This document shows, piece after piece, positions 10,201 through 18,699 of a stretch of 64,000 nucleotides of DNA. The notes beneath the pieces are model-generated. The model did not search any database. It worked only from the letters and a program-made list of their open reading frames with translations, and was not told the origin of the DNA. Position 1 is the first letter of the stretch, and every line of letters begins with the position of its first letter. Origin of the DNA: Oceanispirochaeta sp. GTDB taxonomy: Bacteria > Spirochaetota > Spirochaetia > DSM-2461. The position numbers and the translations under genes are program-made. Location: NCBI GenBank assembly GCA_963663385.2, contig CAXXXD010000003.1:896001-960000 (forward strand), in the 5' to 3' direction.

Positions 10201-11803
10201 TCAGAAGGTTTGAAATAAGCCTTCTGTAATACCTTGCAGACTGAACGGCTCTCACCAGAAAGGCGGGTGCCGTATTAGGTAGAATTCCCGTATCGGGGAA
10301 ATGAAAATAGATATAGTCGCACTCTTTTAACAGGGGGAGCAGGTTCTCCGGTTCTTCCTCGTTATTGTTGATACTGTTCCATAGAGCAATAAGTCTTTCG
10401 AGCCGGTTCAGTTCTTCCTTGAGGAAGTGGTGAATGCGGCTTCTTTTATCTGTTTGTTCTGATATATGAGAAGTCTTTTGTTCATCCCTGTTAAAGCTAT
10501 GCGCCAGTTCCAGAGCTTCCTGGTGGGAAGCCCGGGGGATATTCAGATCAAGACCTCTTTCCGCCAGATCAAATACAGAGCGTTCCATGAGATTGGCCAT
10601 ATCCTTCAACTGCTTACCGTATCCAGCCAGTACCGGATTGGTTATCAGATTCTGCGTATTGTTCTTGCCCGGTGTTCTGATACCGGGACGTGATGAAGTA
10701 AACGCATACCAGCGATCACCGCTTAAGCGATTCTCTTTTAATCTGGACCAGTCATGAAAAGGACTCTCCTTGGCATGGGACTTACCCGGCAGATAGCTGA
10801 AATCCAATCCGCTCATGAATATGGGACCATCAGTAATTTCTCCTGCAACGTATAGGGCTGTAACGCCTACAGATCCTAATGCAGGAATCTCCGGAGCCAG
10901 CAGTTCCGATTTCGTCAACCGATCCACTAGAGCACATGTTCCAAAGCGGGACGAGAAATAGTACCTGTCCCCTTTAAAACTTCTCAGCGAGGCCGGATAG
11001 GCTGTCATATCGGCAAACTGTCTTACTTCCTGTCCCGATAGGGAATAAAAATCTTTCAGATTGTGAAACTGTGCTTCCAGATTGACCACGCCGTCCGGAT
11101 AAATCCCGCTGCGTACAAGGGTTTGTATTGCCGTATCAACGGCCAGAATAAAGAAGTCATTCCTTGATTCATTTATCAGCTGAATTGTCTTTTCCAGAGA
11201 TTCCCCGGCCCCAGTCAGGATGACGGCTTTATTCGTTTTGAACTGGTTTATACCCCTTCCCTCCGAATCAGACAGATTGGTAAGGAGGTTCTTGATCCAC
11301 AGTTTACCAAGTTTTACGGATGTCAGTCTGTTACGCCAGTAATTCTGCAGGAAATGTTCCAGTGATGAAAAAAGGCTGTCGTATTTATTCTTATGAAGCT
11401 GGTATCCGCTGTTAAGAGGAAGAAGTCTGCAGGAGCGATAGGATCCGTCATTTATACTGTTGAATACTTTATAGAGACTGAGAGCATCATCCAGTCGGTA
11501 AATCTGGCAGCGTTTCTGATCCTGGAAACGATGGATGTAGGGTGCTGTGACCGCCATTATTTCCTGATTGATCTCAATACCGACCAGGATGGAATCCTCA
11601 GGCAGTATGTTCAGAATAGACAATAGTCCGTAACCGAGAAGAGGAGAGGGAATAAGGTATATTGTGCGGGATTTTAAAATTATACTTCCGGCCAATTTCT
11701 CCGCAGATCCAGAGGGATTGTACCGGGAGTAGAGAGTTTTGCCGCAATACTGAATATTCAGCTCCCCATTACGGGATGGTATCAGATCAATCTGATTTTC
11801 CAT
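10178..11803 (-). CDS. DUF115 (Maf/MptE-like) family protein
   Basis: LYSRYNP N-terminus, GAGESLE, LAVDTA, GSVGVTA, GLDFSY..GKSH. Confidence 0.75.
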   Translation of the reverse strand: MENQIDLIPSRNGELNIQYCGKTLYSRYNPSGSAEKLAGSIILKSRTIYLIPSPLLGYGLLSILNILPEDSILVGIEINQEIMAVTAPYIHRFQDQKRCQIYRLDDALSLYKVFNSINDGSYRSCRLLPLNSGYQLHKNKYDSLFSSLEHFLQNYWRNRLTSVKLGKLWIKNLLTNLSDSEGRGINQFKTNKAVILTGAGESLEKTIQLINESRNDFFILAVDTAIQTLVRSGIYPDGVVNLEAQFHNLKDFYSLSGQEVRQFADMTAYPASLRSFKGDRYYFSSRFGTCALVDRLTKSELLAPEIPALGSVGVTALYVAGEITDGPIFMSGLDFSYLPGKSHAKESPFHDWSRLKENRLSGDRWYAFTSSRPGIRTPGKNNTQNLITNPVLAGYGKQLKDMANLMERSVFDLAERGLDLNIPRASHQEALELAHSFNRDEQKTSHISEQTDKRSRIHHFLKEELNRLERLIALWNSINNNEEEPENLLPLLKECDYIYFHFPDTGILPNTAPAFLVRAVQSARYYRRLISNLLINFHRPS

Positions 11804-11822
11804 AAATATTGCGGCAATAGAA

Positions 11823-13361
11823 TCAGGACTCTTTGAAAATCCGATTGAATGTTTTGTTGAAATTATCTTTCAGCTTGTCAGAACCAAGGAATACGGACTG
11901 TATGGCCGATTCTTTATACTGATTCAGTTCGCTGCCAAGCTGGGATTTAATATAAGTCCTGTACTCTTCCGGGTACTCAAAACCATCCTGTTCGCCTATC
12001 AAAGAGAATAGAGCAACACTTCTGTCGAGGATTACAGGTTCAGATACATCGCCTTCTGATTTGAGAGCGAAAGCTTTCTTGAAGAAGTCATCACTGTATG
12101 CCGCTGCACTGAGCAGACTGTTACCGGTTTTATTACCGGCACTGTTGATAATAAAAGGGATATTGCCGTAGGCAGGAGCTATAAATCCGGTTTCTCCGGT
12201 CTCAATACCCTGTTCAGCGGCTGATGTGCTGAGGTTTGAAGACTGAGCAACAACAGCAAGCGCTTTTGCCTGACCTATCAGATAGTCTTCAATTAACCCG
12301 ACTTCCTCTCGTTCCATATAAGAGCGGATGCCCGAGAGCACATCGGCGTTTTCCGTATCTATTCCGATAGCATTCCCGGCTGATTGAAAGATGTAGAAAC
12401 CTGAATCCGTAGAAATAACTCCGCTTCTGGAACCATTGCTTAAGGCAAATACTTCATCTGCCTGTTCGCTGCTCAGGTAGGTGAGGAGGTTATAGTATGC
12501 CACCTCTCCCAGGGAACCGCCGTTTTCGGCATAAGAATCCTGAGACATATTTCTGGCAACTTCATCAAAACCTGAACCACTTTCCAGTTTATTAAGTATT
12601 TCAATAGCCTCTTTTTCTGAACCCTTAACAGTAATTCTGTTAAGATTCATTTTTGTAAAAAGTCTGGCATTTTCATTTCCGTAATCTGCCACTTTTTCTG
12701 CAGGGTAGGATGAATAGGGGTAAAGGGCGTAAGAAAAGTTTTTTTCAGGAGAACCCATGGAGAGAAGAAAATCAAGCTCCTTATCGGACCTTTTAAGATT
12801 GTATAGAGCATCTTCGTAATAAATCTGCACACGAAGGTCCTCTTCGATGGAGTCTCTGATTTCTTTCATACGTGAACCTGATGTATTCATATAGGCTTCT
12901 TCATCAAAGCTTCCGTTAGAGTTAAACATACCGCTTGTTACAATAGCACGGTCAATTCTCTTGGAGGATACACCGGCCCCGGCGCTGTCTATTTCTTCAA
13001 GCATAGCTGTTCTGACAACAGTCTGGTTGAATGCTGAACGCCATATAAGCTGTCTGAGGAAATCAACATTACTGTTGGTTCCAAGAGAATCCCTATACAT
13101 ACTATTGATGGATTCTACCTGTTGAGAAAAATAATTCCCTTGTGCAAAAGAAATTGGAGTTTTCCCGTATTTTCCGAAAACCAATGATCCCCTGCTGCTT
13201 CCAGAGCCTGACAGGGCGGGAACCAGTACAAAACTGATAACTGTTATTACCAGAATGATTATGGTTCCTGTCATTAGATTTTTTTGTTTTCTCTTGTGCT
13301 GATCTGCTTTCTTAAAGACTGATTCTCTGGAATCAGAAAGCTTTTTTTCTTTCTTAGACAT
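11823..13361 (-). CDS. SurA/PpiD-like membrane-anchored peptidyl-prolyl isomerase/chaperone
   Basis: N-terminal TM, SurA-N-like helical region, parvulin-like FDEVARNMSQDSYAENGGSLG. Confidence 0.8.
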   Translation of the reverse strand: MSKKEKKLSDSRESVFKKADQHKRKQKNLMTGTIIILVITVISFVLVPALSGSGSSRGSLVFGKYGKTPISFAQGNYFSQQVESINSMYRDSLGTNSNVDFLRQLIWRSAFNQTVVRTAMLEEIDSAGAGVSSKRIDRAIVTSGMFNSNGSFDEEAYMNTSGSRMKEIRDSIEEDLRVQIYYEDALYNLKRSDKELDFLLSMGSPEKNFSYALYPYSSYPAEKVADYGNENARLFTKMNLNRITVKGSEKEAIEILNKLESGSGFDEVARNMSQDSYAENGGSLGEVAYYNLLTYLSSEQADEVFALSNGSRSGVISTDSGFYIFQSAGNAIGIDTENADVLSGIRSYMEREEVGLIEDYLIGQAKALAVVAQSSNLSTSAAEQGIETGETGFIAPAYGNIPFIINSAGNKTGNSLLSAAAYSDDFFKKAFALKSEGDVSEPVILDRSVALFSLIGEQDGFEYPEEYRTYIKSQLGSELNQYKESAIQSVFLGSDKLKDNFNKTFNRIFKES

Positions 13362-13403
13362 GTGGAGTCCTTGGTAACGTAATTTATAATATAAGGCAAC
13401 GAA

Positions 13404-13432
13404 AAATTAGCACGAAAGGGTATACCTGTCAA
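13404..13432 (-). promoter_or_regulatory. Putative sigma70 promoter of the SurA-like gene
   Basis: Minus strand TTGACA-17-TAATTT with TGn extension. Confidence 0.55.
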
Positions 13433-13461
13433 CTTGCGCAGAAAAAAGATTTACCTGGGTG

Positions 13462-13491
13462 TTGACACAATGCCCGCCCATTGGTTAAAGT
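13462..13491 (+). promoter_or_regulatory. Putative sigma70 promoter of the tRNA-Asp/tRNA-Pro operon
   Basis: TTGACA-18-TAAAGT, then GC-rich discriminator ACGCCC; 12 nt before the tRNA. Confidence 0.6.
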
Positions 13492-13503
13492 ACGCCCTTG
13501 TAC

Positions 13504-13577
13504 GGAGGCGTAGCGAAGTTGGTTATCGCGCCGGCCTGTCAAGCCGGAGATCGCGGGTTCGAGGCCCGTCGCTTCCG
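13504..13577 (+). tRNA. tRNA-Asp(GTC)
   Basis: Acceptor GGAGGCG/CGCTTCC; anticodon arm CCGGC-CT GTC AA-GCCGG; T arm GCGGG-TTCGAGG-CCCGT. Confidence 0.95.
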
Positions 13578-13587
13578 CTCCGTTTTT

Positions 13588-13617
13588 ATCCGGCAGTCTG
13601 ATACCGGACTGCCGGAT
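13588..13617. other. Inter-tRNA hairpin
   Basis: ATCCGGCAGTC ... GACTGCCGGAT, perfect 11-bp inverted repeat. Confidence 0.7.
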
Positions 13618-13627
13618 TAATTTATAT

Positions 13628-13699
13628 CGGGCTGTAGCGCAGGGGGAGCGCGCGCCGTTCGGGACGGTGAGGTCGGAGGTTCAAATCCTCTCAGCCCGA
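13628..13699 (+). tRNA. tRNA-Pro(CGG)
   Basis: Acceptor CGGGCTG/CAGCCCG; anticodon arm CGCCG-TT CGG GA-CGGTG; T arm GGAGG-TTCAAAT-CCTCT. Confidence 0.93.
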
Positions 13700-14265
13700 C
13701 TTTTTTCCCATCTGAAAGTTTATCATATAAAGTTTCTTAGCTCATAGAAAGCTGTTGAGAGGATTTGAAGCGGAACCTCGGCGCGAATACTTGGAGCGCA
13801 AATCGACACGATGTCGATTTAGAGGTGAAGCCGGCCGGTAATGAGCAGGCAGGATGCCTGTGAATAGACGGCAGGTCCTCTCAGCCCGACTTTTTTCCCA
13901 TCTGAAAGTTTATCATATAAAGTTTCTTAGCTCATAGAAAGCTGTTGAGAGGATTTGAAGCGGAACCTCGGCGCGAATACTTGGAGCGCAAATCGACACG
14001 ATGTCGATTTAGAGGTGAAGCCGGCCGGTAATGAGCAGGCAGGATGCCTGTGAATAGACGGCAGGTCCTCTCAGCCCGACTTTTTTCCCATCTGAAAGTT
14101 TATCATATAAAGTTTCTTAGCTCATAGAAAGCTGTTGAGAGGATTTGAAGCGGAACCTCGGCGCGAATACTTGGAGCGCAAATCGACACGATGTCGATTT
14201 AGAGGTGAAGCCGGCCGGTAATGAGCAGGCAGGATGCCTTCGATTGAAGAGCAAACCTCTCAGCC
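13686..14265. repeat. tRNA-Pro-linked 190-bp tandem repeat (2 full copies, 174 bp of a third, then a degenerate tRNA-end copy)
   Basis: Units start at 13686, 13876 and 14066 with TCCTCTCAGCCCGAC and are identical up to 14239; CAAACCTCTCAGCC at 14252-14265. Confidence 0.97.
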
Positions 14266-14446
14266 AGGGTACCGGGAATGGTTCAATCAGAAATGAGACA
14301 GACTGTTCCTGTCGAGTGCCAGTGATCTGATTATTGGAAAAGCACAGAGCAGGATTTAATGAAAAATAGATAAATGGCGGCAAAATAAAAAAACATGCAG
14401 GTATTTCCCGTTTCAGTTCCGCAATAAAAAAGCCGAAAAAATAACT

Positions 14447-15286
14447 ATGTTGAAAGCCAGGAAGCAACTCACAGTTATACTACTCATTTTTCTGATGGCG
14501 GCCCTGAATGCCCAGCCCTACTATCATACATTGAAGAAGGGAGAGACCCTCTACAGTTTATCCCGAACTTATGGAGTGAGTGTTCAGGAATTAATGAGTT
14601 CCAATGAAATTACCAGCCCGGAAAATCTGATTGAAGGCTTAAAATTACTGATCCCCACGGAAAAAACACCAGATAATCATGAAAATTCTATAGAAATTTC
14701 TGAAAATACGGAAAATGTAAATTATACTGTAAAAAAAGGTGATACTTTTTACCGCATTGCCAAACTGCATGGTATGTCTGTTAATGAGCTATTAATGCTG
14801 AACCATTTTTCCGGAAACAATGTCTTGAAGCCGGGAGATGTTCTTATTGTGAAAGGGACATCCGTTTCAGCAGAGCCAATCGAAAGACCGCCAGTAAGGG
14901 GAGAAGAAAGCGGAGTAGTGATTACGTCTTCCGCATCCGTTTCCTGGCCAGTTGAAGGGGTTAAGAAAACTCTTACCGGCAAGCTGAGGGGCATTACAAT
15001 TGAAGCGGCAGAAGCTGCGCTTGTTCAATCTGTTGCCTCTGGAAAAGTCGTATGGACCGGTCCTTACAGGGGGTTCGGTCAGGTTGTGCTGGTGGATGTG
15101 AACGGATATATCTATCTTTATGGCGGAAATGAGGATATTTTTGTCAATGTGGGTGAATATGTACCTGCGGGAGCCAGAATCGGTCGTTTAGGCAACTCCG
15201 GTTTAGCTTCCCGAACTGTAAATATGTACTTTTCCGTTTTTAAAGACGGTATCCCTGTGAGTGTCGTTTCGGCTCCCAGGGGATAA
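14447..15286 (+). CDS. LysM x2 + M23-family (NlpD-like) protein
   Basis: HTLKKGETLYSLSR and YTVKKGDTFYRIAK LysM domains; WPVEG and YRGFGQVVLV; M23 zinc His ligands appear absent. Confidence 0.85.
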   Translation: MLKARKQLTVILLIFLMAALNAQPYYHTLKKGETLYSLSRTYGVSVQELMSSNEITSPENLIEGLKLLIPTEKTPDNHENSIEISENTENVNYTVKKGDTFYRIAKLHGMSVNELLMLNHFSGNNVLKPGDVLIVKGTSVSAEPIERPPVRGEESGVVITSSASVSWPVEGVKKTLTGKLRGITIEAAEAALVQSVASGKVVWTGPYRGFGQVVLVDVNGYIYLYGGNEDIFVNVGEYVPAGARIGRLGNSGLASRTVNMYFSVFKDGIPVSVVSAPRG

Positions 15287-15309
15287 TTTTAGGGAGCCCC
15301 GGTCCAGCA

Positions 15310-16265
15310 TGATGAAAAGCATTGATGATGATACTCGTGAAGTGAATAATGAAACAGATCCATTGGCTCTGTATTTGAAACAGATTTCCCGTTACAGTCT
15401 TCTTACAATCCATGAAGAACAGGATATTGGTATCCGTCTTGAGAAAATCGGTATCCAGATTGATGAACTGCAGAATGAGCTGGAAGAAAATAATCTGTCC
15501 CATGAGGATTTTAAAATACAGAAACAGCTGTTCGAAGAGCAATCCAAAAGTTTAAAGAACAGGATGATTCAGTCCAATCTGAGGCTTGTTGTTTCCATCG
15601 CCAAGAAATATCAGCATAGGGGGATGTCCCTGCTGGATCTGATTGATGAGGGAAATATCGGACTGATCGAAGCAGTCGACCGGTTTGATTATACAAAGGG
15701 TTGCCGTTTTTCCACTTATGGCACCTGGTGGATTCGTCAGGCGATTATTAAATCCCTTGCCGATAAATCCCGGATAATACGTATCCCCATTCATATGCTG
15801 AATACCATAAAGAAAAGTTATCTGGTGACAAAACAACTGACCCAGGAGCTTGGACGTGACCCTCTTCCTGAAGAGATGGCGGAGTACATGAACCTTCCTA
15901 TTGAAAAGGTTAAGGAGATTATGTCCCTTTCCCAGGAAACAGCTTCTCTTGATACAACAGTTGATCAGGATCATATGACAAGGCTCAGTGACCTGATCAA
16001 GGACGAGAACAACAAAGAACCTATAGAATCTGTTTTTAATCTGTCACTGCAGGATACGATCGATACAGTATTGAAACAGTTGAGTGAACGGGAAATGAAG
16101 ATTATACAGCTGCGTTTCGGTCTTAATGGCACAACTCCCTTAACACTTGAAGAGACGGGAAAGGTCCTGGGGATTACCAGAGAAAGGGTTCGTCAGATTC
16201 AGGAAATGGCTATTTCAAAGATGCGGAACTTCAAGATTATCAGGGATTTGGAAGATTACGTCTGA
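15310..16265 (+). CDS. Group-2 (RpoS/RpoD-like) sigma70 factor lacking region 1.1
   Basis: DPLALYLKQI, NLRLVVSIAKKY, RFSTYGTWWIRQAI, TRERVRQI; ATG15310 chosen (the ORF track starts at 15261). Confidence 0.9.
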
Positions 16266-16313
16266 ATCTCACCGGAAATATGAATTTTCTTTTTTTATTT
16301 CCGATAATGAAGT

Positions 16314-16565
16314 ATGGATTCTATTGGGCCCCTTTTTTATGTGCAGTTAAAAGACGATTTTGATGAAAACTGCGAAGTAAGAGAAAAAACACCCCTTTTC
16401 CCTGGAATGGATGATCCCTATCTTGAGGCACGGGAACATGTCTCCATGGGGAAGGTTTACCCTGTGCTTCAGGTAAAGGGAGACCGCGACCTTGTCATTG
16501 TAGATGATAGAGGATTCCTTTATCAAACTCCGAGGGATCTATATAAATTTGCGGAATCGAATTAA
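16314..16565 (+). CDS. Small hypothetical protein
   Basis: 83-aa ORF filling an intergenic gap, plausible composition. Confidence 0.6.
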   Translation: MDSIGPLFYVQLKDDFDENCEVREKTPLFPGMDDPYLEAREHVSMGKVYPVLQVKGDRDLVIVDDRGFLYQTPRDLYKFAESN

Positions 16566-16684
16566 TTAGAATGCGGATGATCTTCTGAATAATCAGAATT
16601 AATATTGCCGCCTCCTCATTTAGTTCTTAATCCTTATGTAACATGCGTTTGTGATGAAGGATCTTTGAATCACAGGAGTACAGA

Positions 16685-17836
16685 ATGCGAAAAGTGCAGA
16701 ATCAGAAAGATCTTAAAAAGAACAATCTTGCTATGATATTTGATTATCTCAAAAAACATGATGTTGTTGTCAAATCAAAATTAGCACGGGAATTAGGGTT
16801 GAGTGTCGTTACAATTACAAAGATCTGTGATGACTTGATTTCGGCCGGAATCATTGAATATACAGACGAGAGAGAGTCCACTGGAGGACGAAAGCCTTTA
16901 GGGTTGCAATTGATTCGGGATTCAAGGTTTATTATAGCAATTGATTTAAGTGAAAAGGATCATGCCTATATCGGGCTTATGAACCTGGGGTATGAGGAAA
17001 TTTCATCAGATATAATCGAAATCGATCCCCATTGGAGCATTGATGAGTTCTTTGATGTAATGAAACAGAGGTTCAACTTTATTATCGACGGAATACCGGA
17101 GGAGAAAATCATCGGAGTCTCAATCTCAATACCTGCCATTTTTAATCCTTACAGCGGCATTATTGAAGAATGCAACAATCCCGTATTTATAAACCAGAAT
17201 TTTAAAAAAAGGTTTGGTGAGATCTATTCCGGTAAGGTTATCGTTGATAATGATGCCAACTTGGCCGCTCTGGGTCATTTCTTTAAAAACAGAGTTGAGA
17301 ATCTTATCTATGTGCATTTCACGGATGGAATTGGACTCGGTCTTATTCTTAAAGGCGAGATATACAGGGGATATGCCGGATATGCCGGAGAACTTGCCTA
17401 TCTCGGAGTACCCGGATTCCACGGTGGAATATGTACTGTTGAACATGCTTTATCCGAGGATAATCTGATCAGCTGTCTGGAATCTTTGACAGGTGCAGCA
17501 GAAGGGGCACTCAGTATACAGGACTATAGACAGGAAATATTGAATGAAAGTGAAAATGCAGAATTAATAGTAGGGTATATAAAGCAGACCATAGGCAGGT
17601 TGACAGCTTTGCTTATAGATCTGTTTAATCCTGAACAGGTCATTTTCGGGGGGGGGAAATTTGATTCCTTCAAAAACTATCTTCCTGATATCATAAAGAT
17701 TTCCAAAGAGTATTCTATGACCTCAAAGCGCATTACTGTAGAAATAAAGGAAGCCTCCGATGATACGGTACTTGTTGCCAAAGGCTGTTGTGAGCGATTC
17801 TATCAGGAATGGATAAGATCATCATCCATAATTTAA
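16685..17836 (+). CDS. ROK family transcriptional regulator
   Basis: N-terminal HTH, STGGRKP, DNDANLAALG, GIGLGLI..G..G.AGE; AGGAG RBS. Confidence 0.9.
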   Translation: MRKVQNQKDLKKNNLAMIFDYLKKHDVVVKSKLARELGLSVVTITKICDDLISAGIIEYTDERESTGGRKPLGLQLIRDSRFIIAIDLSEKDHAYIGLMNLGYEEISSDIIEIDPHWSIDEFFDVMKQRFNFIIDGIPEEKIIGVSISIPAIFNPYSGIIEECNNPVFINQNFKKRFGEIYSGKVIVDNDANLAALGHFFKNRVENLIYVHFTDGIGLGLILKGEIYRGYAGYAGELAYLGVPGFHGGICTVEHALSEDNLISCLESLTGAAEGALSIQDYRQEILNESENAELIVGYIKQTIGRLTALLIDLFNPEQVIFGGGKFDSFKNYLPDIIKISKEYSMTSKRITVEIKEASDDTVLVAKGCCERFYQEWIRSSSII

Positions 17837-17904
17837 TAGAACGGGTGATAAAAGAGGCGGTCGTAGGCAGAATATGATGCGTGTTTATAGCGGCATCGGG
17901 TTAA

Positions 17905-18699
17905 TTAAGTTTCAGATGATTTCCTGAGAAGACAGAAATAAAGCGGACCCCATCCATCCTTATCGGGAAGGATAAGCTTGCCGAAATCCGTATCCTCTCC
18001 TTCTGATACATCAGGGGGGATCACATCAAATAAACCTTTTCTTTTTTTCAGCATCTTACGGATGATACCGTCATTTTCCAGAGGCGACAGGGAACAGGTG
18101 CTGTAGAGCAGAAAGGCTCCGGGTTTTAAAATATCCAGGGCTGAAACCGCCAGGCTGTACTGCCTTACTGCCAGGTTTTTACTCCGGGCGGGAGACCACT
18201 TTCTCAGGTGTTCCGGCGAGTGGAGAAGGTGCCTTTCCGAGGAACAGGGCGCATCCAGCAGAACCGCATCAAAGACTTCCTTCTCGAAGAGACACCATCT
18301 GCTTCCGTCAAATCCTGTAACCTCTATGGAATCCATCCATTCTTCAGGCAGATGATCCTGCAGAACGGTCCTTAATCTGTTTCTCCTTGCCGGAGAGAGT
18401 TCATTACAGTTCAGGTTTCCGGTTCCTTTAAGCGCTGAAGCCAGTATAAGGGATTTTCCCCCGGGAGCGGCGCACATATCCAGAACTTTCATACCCGGTT
18501 TTACAGGCAGGGCTCCGGCTGCTACCCATGAGGCTCTGTCAAGGTAGTAGGTGGATTTCTCCTGATCAATCTGAAGTTCCATATGCTTCACATCCAGAAG
18601 AAGGGCACTCTTCAGACTGTCCCAGCGGTCTTTATAAATATCTCTGTAAAACTGGTCGAATTGTTCGGCACCGGGGATTCTGTTTTTTTTACTTCCCAT
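17905..18699 (-). CDS. RsmB/NOP (NSUN3/4-like) RNA m5C methyltransferase
   Basis: LDMCAAPGGKS, DAPCSSERH, YSTCS (both catalytic Cys present). Confidence 0.9.
   Translation of the reverse strand: MGSKKNRIPGAEQFDQFYRDIYKDRWDSLKSALLLDVKHMELQIDQEKSTYYLDRASWVAAGALPVKPGMKVLDMCAAPGGKSLILASALKGTGNLNCNELSPARRNRLRTVLQDHLPEEWMDSIEVTGFDGSRWCLFEKEVFDAVLLDAPCSSERHLLHSPEHLRKWSPARSKNLAVRQYSLAVSALDILKPGAFLLYSTCSLSPLENDGIIRKMLKKRKGLFDVIPPDVSEGEDTDFGKLILPDKDGWGPLYFCLLRKSSET

Noticed and set aside
13637..13651. tRNA-Pro as a pseudogene because of its U-less D-loop (AGGGGGA)
   Set aside because: All four stems pair and the T-loop is normal; a variant or base-call issue is more likely
13686..14265. CRISPR array
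   Set aside because: Whole 190-bp units are identical, with no unique spacers and no cas genes in the window
14117..14467. ORFs 14117-14467(-) and 14145-14330(+)
   Set aside because: They run through the non-coding repeat, lack an SD and show no recognisable domain
13700..17836. Prophage or genomic island at tRNA-Pro
   Set aside because: No integrase or phage genes, and no distant att copy seen
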